From: Tubulanus polymorphus
Taxonomy: Eukaryota > Animalia > Nemertea
Assembly: GCF_964204645.1 (NCBI RefSeq)
Contig: NC_134033.1
Span: 1,446,131-1,510,130, forward strand
Length of the DNA: 64,000 bases
Direction of reading: 5' to 3'
Below are positions 1-11,200 of the stretch, in pieces; position 1 is the stretch's first letter, and each line of letters opens with the position of its first letter. The translations under genes and the position numbers were made by a program. The notes below the pieces were generated by a model that ran no database searches, was not told where the DNA came from, and was given only the letters and a program-made list of their open reading frames with translations.

Positions 1-796
1 TTGAAATGTTGATTGTCAAGTGTCGATACCTCATTTTTATATATGTATTTTTAAATTTGACTGTGATTTTTTATTTTTCTGAAATGTGAAATTTTGAGCT
101 GCTGATTTTGCTGTTTTTTATGCTGAATTTTTACAAATTGATTTGTGTTTTTGTTATATAAATATATTTCCAGTAAAGTCCAGTTTGTATATAGTAAAAA
201 CTACTGAATCGTTATTTGTTGTACAATGGATATTTCCACTTCGGCGCCAAAACTACCTGTTGGAAGTAATGAAGTCGGGTTTTAGGAAAAAAGGAAGTCT
301 TTACGTTTCTTTTTCATAGGCCATGCTATCGTGAAGGTACCCTTTATAGACCGCGACCTAATTGACCCAATAGAATCTCTCGATTCAGCGCCCGCCGAAA
401 ACTAGTTTTGCCACGTGAGAACCACGAAAGACATCTGTTTTATATTATAGGATACCGCAATACCAATAATCGTCATCGAAGCCGGATAAACGTTGAGATC
501 CAGTCAGAAACATCTGCACCGATTCTTGAAGATCGGTTTTCGCGCCACACGTTGTGTTCAATTAGAAGATTTATTGATCAGAACTTATGTAAATAGTAGA
601 CCTATTATTTTCGGCAGGGCTATTGAGGGAGGATCAAGTAGCCTAAGACGTGTGGCGTGGGCCATCCGTGAAAAATGATAAGATTTCAGCTGTAGCATGG
701 GTTCACCGGCAAGAGGGTATCGACCAACGGACAGAAAACCCCCTGAATATCCCATACACTTATCATCACACTAGAAATAAGAAGAGTCTGAAATAT

Positions 797-1172
797 TTCC
801 TTGAGCTGGCGTTGTTAATTCAACGTTTCGACTCTATCCTAATAGTCATCTTCAGGAATACTGTATTCCTTGAGCTAGTGTAGTTAATTCAACGTTTCGA
901 CTATATCCTAATAGTCATCTTCATGAATACTGTATTCCTTGAGCTAGTGTAGTTTATTCAACGTTTCGACTTTATCCTAATAGTCATCTTCAGGAATACT
1001 GTATTCCTTGAGCTAGTGTAGTTTATTCAACGTTTCGACTATATCCTAATAGTCATCTTCAGGAATACTGTATTCCTTGAGCTAGTTTAGTTTATTCAAC
1101 GTTTCGACTATATCCTAATAGTCATCTTCAGGAATACTGTATTCCTTGAGCTAGTGTAGTTTATTCAACGTT
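797..1172 (-). ncRNA. Tandem array of minimal type I hammerhead ribozymes, Penelope-like-element type (69-bp unit, 5 full copies plus a partial)
   Basis: The unit recurs at 821, 890, 959, 1028, 1097 and 1166. Minus-strand RNA of copy 4 (1024-1067) reads UAUUC-CUGAAGA-U-GACUAU(UAGGAU)AUAGUC-GAAA-CG-UU-GAAUA. This gives stem I, the CUGANGA box, a 6-bp stem II, the GAAA box, a palindromic ACGU stem III and a GUU cleavage triplet. Copy 2 has C3>A; copies 1 and 3 each have one stem II mismatch. Confidence 0.8.
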
Positions 1173-1499
1173 TTTACTAAAGCCTAATATTAGACTTTCC
1201 TTGTGAGTGTTTGGATTGATAATGATATTTTCGGAAATTTTGCGCCAAAAACGAAAGTGTCCCAAACGATAGATTTAAAGCCGAAACGTTCGAGGAAACA
1301 TTTTTGGACTTGATTTGGAGGAATTTTCGATATCTTTTTGACCAATGGATCCGAGCGAGGCGTCCTCTATCACGACATGTGTTTTCCCTCATTTTCTCCG
1401 TATCGATTTCGATCCATTGTTTGCCGCCGATGAAATCGGGCGCTTTGAGCAAATATGCTGTTTTTTGATATATGCATCAAGATCAAACAAATTCCCACG

Positions 1500-1616
1500 C
1501 GAAAACAGATGCCGTAGTTTCAGACTCGTGTCTTCCTATTACCGAGGTATCGAACCCCGGTGCAAATCCGCGCACAAGTCTCTTAGACGTCGAATCGAGC
1601 ACTAGTACTCGACTGG
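1500..1616 (+). other. Probable non-coding first exon (5' UTR) of the vWA/EGF gene
   Basis: CpG-rich stretch ending in a strong donor GACTGG|GTAAGT at 1616/1617, upstream of the signal-peptide exon. The start coordinate is approximate. Confidence 0.4.
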
Positions 1617-1959
1617 GTAAGTCGATGTTTTCGAGCAAGGTCTAGCTGAAAAAAGTGTATTTTCAAATTTCGAAATATTCAAAGAAAAACTAGTAGAATA
1701 ATAGCAGATAAATCACTTAGATATATTCACAGATTTTAAGTCTTAAAACCAAGAATTTATTCAATCAAAAAATTAGAATGCTACATTTTGAACTCTCACT
1801 AGAGATCAGGCCACCTGGTCAGTGGTTTATTTAGGAGTTTGTATTATATCAGTTATATATTGAAATATATTTTTCGTAAGGAATATATATCAATACATGT
1901 AGTAGAATAACCACACTCAAACGTGGTAAACGGATGATAAGATAATGCACAAATAATTT

Positions 1960-2041
1960 TAGAATCTGAAATTTATTTATTAAAAAGATCTAAAATACAT
2001 AAAATACACGACGTTTTGATCTCACTAGAGATCATTGTCAA
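1960..2041 (-). mobile_element. Degenerate Penelope-like terminal fragment with a decayed hammerhead (related remnant at about 1730-1810)
   Basis: cacgacgttttgatctcactagagatcattgtca is a mutated copy of the intact motif at 13737-13778, and the flanking AT-rich sequence is also similar. Confidence 0.55.
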
Positions 2042-2204
2042 AATATATTGAATTTTTTTTTCATAAGAATTAATTGTCCTTATGCAAACCAGTTATCAAT
2101 CCTTATTTCGAGTGTTTTCCGATGAAATGTGGTTGATTTTGATTGGTAGATTGGTATTCTCTTAATTGATAGAAATTAACGAAAGTAGAAAGGATTTCTA
2201 GAAG

Positions 2205-5200
2205 ATGAATATCTGGGCGGCTGCTGTGGTTCTGGTCTGTGTGGCCCAGAGCGTCACAGAAACGCAAGGTAAATACAAATAGACGCAAATGCGGAGATCA
2301 TTACGTGGATTTTGACTGATTGGATTGAGACAGAAATATCGAAAATATTCAGCAAAGTAAAATCTACAAATGAATTTGATAGAAACGTTTTTGTTACTGG
2401 TTTCATAATCATGGAATCATTAGTCGTTGCAGAAAACCTTTTAGTTTGAGGAGTGGTTTCCAAAAAAGACAAAACTAAAACTAACGTAATAATATGTAAT
2501 CATGAATTTTCGTTCGTTCGTTCGTTCGTTCGTTCGTTCGTTCGTTCGTTCGTTCGTTCGTTCGTTCGTTCGTTCGTTCGTTCGTTCGTTCGTTCGCGTT
2601 CGTTCGTTCGTTCGTTCGTTCGTTCGTTCGTTCGTTCGTTCGCGTTCGTTCGTTCGTTCGTTCGTTCGTTCGTTCGTTCGTTCGTTCGTTCGTTCGTTCG
2701 TTCGTTCGTTCGTTCGTTCGTTCGTTCGTTCGTTCGTTCGTTCGTTCGTTCGTTCGTTCGTTCGTTCGTTCGTTCGTTCGTTCGTTCGTTCGTTCGTTCG
2801 TTCGTTCGTTCGTTCGTTCGTTCGTTCGTTCGTTCGTTCGTTCGTTCGTTCGTTCGTTCGTTCGTTCGTTCGTTCGTTCGTTCGTTCGTTCGTTCGTTCG
2901 TTCGTTCGTTCGTTCGTTCGTTCGTTCGTTCGTTCGTTCGTTCGTTCGTTCGTTCGTTTATAATTGATTCATGCTGATTAATTTGAGCCTAATTTGTTTT
3001 TTATTTTATTTCAGCGTGTTATGCTAAAACGCACTTGTTGTTCATAATGGACGAATCGTCCTGCGTGAATTCTTACAACTTCAACCAGATGAAGAAATTC
3101 GTGAATGATATGATCCAACATTTCACTGTCGGCCCCAGTTACACGCGGGTATCAGTCATAACCTTTGCGAATTCGGCTCGATTGGATTTCAACTTCAATC
3201 GTTATCGGTAAGTAAGATACGTAGGTACCGACAGGACTTACCAAAAATTCTTATCAATTTAGATAGACAAATGAAATGACTGCGTAGATAATTTAGAACC
3301 TCAAGAAAAACCTCTTGAATTAGTTTAAAACCAAATGATATCAATATTTAAAAGATTAGAATCGAATTTAATTTATCAAGCATTTAAATGAAAATACAGA
3401 CGTTTCTCTAGGCTCCGAATAGAGTTTAATCTTTTCAAGTATATTTGGGGGTTGAACTGTGATTTTCGGCTTCAAGAGTTCACTACGTAAATTTCCCACG
3501 GAAAACAGAATTTTGGATTAACCGAACTGAATTGTCAAGCAGCGGGCGGAGAACCAAACCCGGCATCGTAGAGGCCCTTTTGGATTCGGATCTTTTTCAA
3601 ATTCAATTTATCCCTGAAAACCCTGGATATGACAGAAAAGAAAAGCCAAACTAACAAAGGAGCATCCTCGCTCGCGCTAGGGTTTGATTGCCTCCGCACG
3701 TCGTAAGCTTCGGCGAGTGGCAATCAAACCCTGGCAAGCGAAGATAACAAACGGGATTCGAACCTGTCGGTGTTGATCATTCCGGTAACGACGAGACGCA
3801 ACCTTGACTCGGCGTGGATGCGGAAACGAAAGCGTGGGAAATCCGGGAAATCCCAATCCAAAAATACTAAATGAAACTCGTTGAATACGAATTTTTCAAA
3901 TATTACCACCAAAATGCTAAACAGTTTTCGTAACGAGAAAGCTTTTGGTCCGAATTCAATTCTAATGCGTATCTTGAATTACTATGTATCGGGATGATAG
4001 ATTCTAGCGGCAATCATCGCTGAGAATGGACCTAAATTCGATTTCCTTCGGGCCGGACCGATTTATATAGTCACTGACTGCCGACATTATGACGATTTCT
4101 TTCTCGTCGCAGAAACTGTCAAGAAGTCCGGAATGCTGTCAGTCGGTTGGCGTATTCGGGAGGAGCTACGAATACTCACATAGCTCTGAAATTAGCCAGA
4201 GAATCAGCATTTACTACTGCCAACGGATACAGGTAGGCTAAAATTACTAAAAACGCTTCTGCTTCCAAAAATATTTTTAATTTTAAAAGTACGACCTTCC
4301 TGGCAGCACTTCTCCATAGCTGGCGTCCTGAAAGACAGGCTGCAATCTGTTTAGGTATCTTTATCTGTATAATACATCGCTGCACCTTAATGTGCAGGCA
4401 AATAGCAACTGGAAAAAGTAAGATAAATCTTAGGTGCAGAAGCGGGATGGTCTACGTAGTGCAGGAGGCAGCTAGGATGTTGACCCAATTAAAAGCGAAT
4501 TTCTGAATTGATCGGCCTCCTGCACTGACGAACGTCAATAATTCAGGGTAAAAGTGCAGATGCGCACCTCTCGTGATTGACGCAATCTGCTGAATCACAG
4601 AATCCAGGCTAAAATCTTTCTAGTGAAGATATCTTAAAATTAACCAATGGCAATGTACCGAATTGCTGATGACATTTTGAATCTGAAACAATGATATTTA
4701 ATATAATTGATTGAACCGTTTACGCGGAGAGGTGCGGATCTGCGATTTTACCTAATTGAGTTATAGTTTTGGTAATGCAGTAATGAGGCCTGACGTAAAA
4801 ATGCTTCGACCTTCGTAAATCCTAGATACTATAAGCAACACTATGGAACTGGGTCTGTCATTTTTTTTTGTATTTTAAACAACGCGCAGGACGGGCGGTT
4901 TGAAGACCGTCGTTCTGGTGACCGGTGGCAAGTCCGCGAGTAAAGCTAACACTATTCATGAAGGTATAAAACTGAGACAAGCGGGAATCAAGGTAATCAC
5001 CGTGGGAGTGACGACCGTCGATCGCGATGAACTGATCGCCGTCTCCGCGATACCGAACCACTTCATACCCGTCAGTCACTTCAATACTCTCTGCAGTAAG
5101 GTCCGCACAATTACTAACCTCGCCTGCCAGGGTAAGTTCTCTTTAAAACCCTTTCAGTGCTGACTATAATTAATAAGTGCTGGATATAGTAAACATTCCA

Positions 5201-8200
5201 GCATTCAAGTGTTGAATAGTGGGTGTAATAGTGTGTCTACACTGCAGTGCGGTGTATTGTTGTGTTTCACTGTTCGACACGTGCTACCATCTTTGAATAG
5301 AGATAAATACTAATTTACTAATTACATCAATACACTGCGATGCGGGGTACCAGCAAAGTCTATCACCGATTAATACACCGCACTGCGGTGCAGATGCATT
5401 GAAAGGGTTGAGTTCTTAATTTATAACGTGTATGACTCGAGAGTTTAACTCACGATGAGTTAATGTTAACTCTGTCTCACAATTGTGGAACTAGAAGTGT
5501 GGAAATGTGGAAATTGAATGAGTTTGTTTTTGTTTTTCTAGATATCAAGTGTGGATCTTGTAAAGTGAATTACAATAACGCTTGTCGTACGGTCGCCAGT
5601 CGTAAGTAGACTTAAATCTAAAACTACGTTCAGTTCTATATATCAGGCGCCTTGTTGGAAGCAATTTTTGATCGCTGCGGCCAAAATGCCGATTTTGGAC
5701 AGATTCTTAATATTGCCGCGGCGAATTTACTTAATTTCTTAAAAAACGTGGTATTCAAAGAAAAAAAACGTCATTCAGTAAATTATTGCCGCGATTTTTG
5801 CCGCTGCAGTCGCTGCACTTGCAACGCCACTGTAAATTTAAACCAGTCTTTTAGAATGAAAACCAGTCTTCGCGCATTGCTTCGTCTGGACCTAGATACA
5901 TTAATGTGGCTTAATTGCCACTTACAAAGGTTTTACAGTAAAACGTACAATTATTCAAAGCAATAACGAAATAATAGACTCAGAATAAAACTTGCGAGAA
6001 TATTGAATTCTGGTCTCAAGTCTCGCTGTTTCATTGTTTAAAAACGACTTTATTTCATATCATTTTTTCAGTGATTCCTGCTTCCCTGCTGCGTAAGTAC
6101 CTTGATAACATACGGGGCTATTATTTATAAAGAATCTATGTGAAATGGGGGCTAACAAATTGGCTTCTCGTCCAGTTGAAAATCAGCTCGATTTTGTAAA
6201 TGTAGACTTGAATAGACGTGAATTTTGGGGGTCTTACACGCGTCAGGTTCGGGCGTCGGGCACTTTAACACAAATCATCTGAGGTCAGTTCCACAGTTCC
6301 GAATTCGATTTCACAGTTAGTAAGTGAAGGTTTAACTTGAAGAGTTCAATAGGGATTGAAGATGTTCTCAACAACTGTGGAAGTGGATTCCGAATGGTGG
6401 AAGTGGATCCAAAACTTTTGATCGTGAAAATCAATTGAATTTATTTATCCGTTTTTTAGGTCAAAGCGATGAAATGCGTAAAGCAGATGTTCAGATGGAT
6501 CTGGTGGTCGCGATCGAAGCGAATCCTACGATCGTCGACGGCAACCGCCTCAATCAGATAAAAGCTTCCGTTTTACGTCTCGTCAACTATTTCACGATCA
6601 GTTCGTCTAAAACGCAGGTGGCGTTTATATCATGGGGCGTCGCTTCATCGGTCTACTCGACATTCAACGCCGGCACTCAGAATAGCGCTAACGCTAAAGC
6701 CGTAAGTTCCACACTCGATGATGCCATGTTACATGCGCATGTCGCTTATTAAACATGTGCATGTTGCTGCATGAATATCTATAGATACAGATGTTGTTAA
6801 TGTTTATGTTTTAGAGTCATTAGAACTGTCACATTTAAACATGCTTCGTGTACATGTAGAATATAACATGCACATGTGAGAATATAACATGCACATGTGA
6901 GAATATTACATGCACATGTGAGAATACTACATGTAACAAAAACAAGGAACAGGAACATGTAATAGCAACAGTTACATGTAACTGCAGGCTTCTTGTGGCT
7001 CCTTGATTCCTTAATAACTCCTTCCTGCTTTTAAAGGCGCTTGAAGCTCCTTTAATTTGAGCAAAGTGCCTTAAAACTCCTTTAAAACTGCTTCAATATT
7101 GAGAATTAGACAATTAGAAATGTTTGTCTAGTTTGTAGTTGTACAGTAAACTAAACCTTAGTCAATACGGTTAGGATTTGTTTTTACCCAATTAGGCGAT
7201 TACCGAATTAGAAACAGAGTTTAGCAGTGTAAATGAAAATGTGCTTCCGGAACCACTGAATTAATGGTTTACCGAGATGAACCAATTTAGGAGTCTACTT
7301 AAAGTGATGCAGACACTTCCTCAAAATTTGAAATTTTCTTCTTTAAAACTCCTTACATCCGTGAATGACCGATCTGTAGGGACCGCCCTGTTACATGTAC
7401 GTGTAACATGTGCATGTATTTACAGATATTGGATATGGTAACAAAACCACTGAATTACTGGGGTGGGCGCAGTGCTAACCGTGGTTAGTACGCTGTGGTT
7501 AGGCATAAATGGGCGCAGAAAACCGCTGTTAGCGCTAACCATTTTCTTCGTGTGGCCTCTTATTTCAATCTGGTTAGCCGAACCACGGATAAGCCACTAA
7601 CCACAGTTAGGCTAACAGGCTTTTCCTGCGCCTGCCCCTCATTTACCGAGATGAACCAATTTAGGAGTCTACTTTAAGTGATGCAGACACTTCTTTGAAA
7701 TCTGAAATTTTCTCCTTTAAAACTCCTTACATCCGTGAATGACCGATCTGTAGGGACCGCCATGTTACATGTATGTACATGTGTGAATACTGCATGTGAT
7801 AGGAATATGTAACAGCTACATGAACATGTAACATGTGCATGTATTTACAGATATTGGATATGGTAACAGTGAGCAGTAAACTAAAAGCTCCTCAGCACAA
7901 GTACAACTATGGCCAGGCGATGAGAATCGCGCGAACGCAAATATTTCAAACGAGAGCCGGCAGTCGGTCGAACGTAAAACGTGTTTTACTCATTATCGGT
8001 CGCGCTCAATTCGACAACACGGACATGTACACGCTGAAAAATGAGGCTAATCTATTGACAAAAGAAAGCAGTAAGTATTTCAATAAACTAATCATAATTT
8101 TGCTGAATCTGCCTGCATCCATTTGCACTAAATTGATTATAATTCTACTGAACAACCCTTATATACTTATATGAAGTTGATCATGATTTTACCGAAATGG

Positions 8201-11200
8201 GATCCAGTTATGAAGCTAATCATAATTTTGCTGAATCTGCCTGCATCCATTTGCACTAAATTAATTATAATTCTGCTGAATAACCCTTATATACTTATAT
8301 GAAGTTGATCATGATTTTACCGAAATAGGATCCAGTTATGAAGCTAATCATAATTTTGCTGAATCTGCCTGCATTCATTTGCACAAAATTAATTATAATT
8401 CTGCTGAACAAACCCTTGATCTACTGATATGAAGTTGATCATAGTTTTACCGATCATAGTTAAAGCTAATCATAATTTTGCTGAACAACCCTTGATGTAA
8501 TTATATGAAGCTAATTTTGTTAAATTTGGGATCCAGTTGCACCAAACTAATCATAGTTTTGCTGAATCCTCCTGGTTCCAGTTATGGTTATTATAATGAT
8601 GATAATAGTTACGAAAAACTAATCATAATTTTCCTGAATCCACCAAAAAAAATCCTAATATCGCTGAATCTAAAAACAAATCATAATTTTGCTGAATCTA
8701 CACAAAACTAATCATAATTTGCTAACCATAGCTTGTGTTTTATTATTTGTGTAGAGGCGCTGGTGAATTTCGCAATAACGAACACGGTCACCTCGCAAAC
8801 GATGTTATTCATAAGGCGTATGGTCTACGCTGAATATATCTGGCTGGTCGAATCCGTCGCCAGTTTACCAACGTACATTCCACGCATTACGAAATCTATC
8901 GAAAACGGTAACAAACTTTTCATTTCAATTTCACTCTTAATAGAATCCCATCTTATTCGGTAGTCTTCGCCTCGTTGAATATGACACGCATTTAGAACCT
9001 GTTGAAATAAACCCTGAAACCATTTAATAAGAGGGTTCTTACGGATTAGGGGATTCCCGATTTATTTCTTAACTTGCAGGGAAAATCAGGGAATTCTGAC
9101 TTTCTCAGGGAATTTGAATTTTTGGTGTCTTGTTGTTCTTGCTGGTGAAGAGTTCCACAAGGAACCTCTTGATAAGAAACAGCCCTCACTGAGGATATCT
9201 TATAATTCAATCAGGGAATTTGAATTTTTGGTGTCTTGTTCTTGCTGGTGGCAAGTGACACAAGGAACCTCTTGATAAGAAACAGCCCTCACTGAGGATA
9301 TCTTATAATTTAATCAGGGAATTTGAATTTTTGGGGTCTTGTTGTTCTTGCTGGTGGCAAGTGACACAAGGAACCTCTTGATAAGAAACAGCCCTCACTG
9401 AGGATATCTTATGATTTAATCAGGGAATTTGAATTTTTGGTGTCTTGTTGTTCTTGCTGGTGAAGAGTTCCACAAGGAACCTCTTGAAGGGCCCGGTTTC
9501 ACGAAAAAGTTTAAGCCTAAAACAGTTAAGTTTGAATTGTTGTCCTCATTGAAAACGTGAAGTAACCAATGGCGATTACGCCAAAAATTTGAGTTTAACT
9601 TTTTTCTGAAACTGGGCCCTGAGGATATCTTATAATTTAATCAGGCATTTTGGTACTATATCTGATGTTGCTAGGAGTTTATAATGATTTTTTTCCCATT
9701 TTCAGACGCTAAATGTCAAGCTAACAGTTTCTTCAAGTCAAAGACCCGGTGTTCAGGTATGGTGTACACAAGACACGCCTTAAATTGCATGGTCTAAGAT
9801 GATATTTAAAAAAAAAACCAAAAAAATCAAACAAAATCTACCAACTAAATTTATAACGGGCTCAATCCCTATTTTGAGATCAAAAAGATGATATTCGATA
9901 TTTTAACATCGTTAAACATGTCTTCAGATCATCGACAAATGCTTTTGGACTCGAGTGGTTTCTACAGTTGCTGGTTAAGTTTGACTCTTACAGATGAAAT
10001 ATAAGAAGTAATCTGTAGAGTCAAACCTTACCGACTCCTGTGAAACTGATTCCTGGTTAAGCTGAAACGGTTTAATTCATTTAAAAGGTTTTTCGTAATG
10101 TTTTCGTTTCAGCTATGAATCCATGTGAGATACAGTCGTGTAGTTCGGGAAGCACCTGCGTTAAGAAGTCTAGTTATGATTGGACGTGTAAATGTTCAGG
10201 CAGCACTGATCATTACGACGATATTCTAGGATGTTTGAGTAAGTACAACATATGACACAAGCAGGATCCTGTTCCACAGTTGACTCTGAACCCAGTTCCA
10301 CAGTTTAGTGGATTTGATTTGATTCTGGATCCAGTTCCACAGTTGTGTGGGTTTAATTTGACTCTGAACCCAGTTCCACAGTTGTCTGAGTTAGAGTTGA
10401 CTCTGAACCCAGTTTCACAGTTGTCTGAGTTAGAGTTGACTCTGAACCCAGTTCCACAGTTGTGTTGGTTTAATTTGACTCAGAACCCAGTTCCACAGTG
10501 AGTTGTAGTTTGTAAATGAACACATTCTGAGTTAAATCTTACAAATGTGATGGAACCAACTCAAGAATCTTAAAAAAAACTGATTTTTACCGTAAAATTT
10601 GTGAATTTTTCCCCCCAGTTTTAATTCCAATTGAAACGATTTCTATTTTCAACAGTCAACAAGAAGCTGACTTTCCATTTCCTGGTCGACACGTCGTCGC
10701 GTACAACCGCTGCCGGACTAGCCAACATCAAAATATTCTTGACGAGGATCATCCAATCGTATTACATCAGTTCGAACGTCGCCGTGACGATCAATTTATT
10801 CTCTTACAACAATGTGTTGACGGTTCACTCGGCGTCGTCCACTCACGCGAGGCCGTACGACGCTATCAACGGTGAGTATAGAAATTAACAAACGATACTT
10901 GTAATTCATTTGAACGCAGTTGGTTCTGAACTTAGTTCTACTGTTGACTGTGAACTCAGTTCCACAGTTGGGTGGTTTAAGTTAAAACTAGATGCCAGCC
11001 TTGTCTCGAAAACCGAGACCAGGCTGGGTGGCGCCACTGACCTGCACAAATCATGAAATTTGACAAATTTTGCAAAAAGAAATTGGAAATCTCAAGTAAT
11101 TCTGATTTGTTTCTTTATTGATACGTGATTATTTTCAATGAAGTATGAATGAATTGTAACATTTAAAACCTAGAAATTTCTCTGATTCGCTCTCAGAGAA

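Noticed and set aside
300-800. Penelope RT/GIY-YIG coding remnant next to the hammerhead array
   Set aside because: No recognisable motifs in the ORFs listed for this region or in the frames I read.
2453-2977. ORFs of (SFVR)n
   Set aside because: Stop-free translation of the (TTCG)n microsatellite inside an intron.
3745-3830. tRNA gene
   Set aside because: Only a B-box/T-arm is convincing; no acceptor or anticodon stem could be built.
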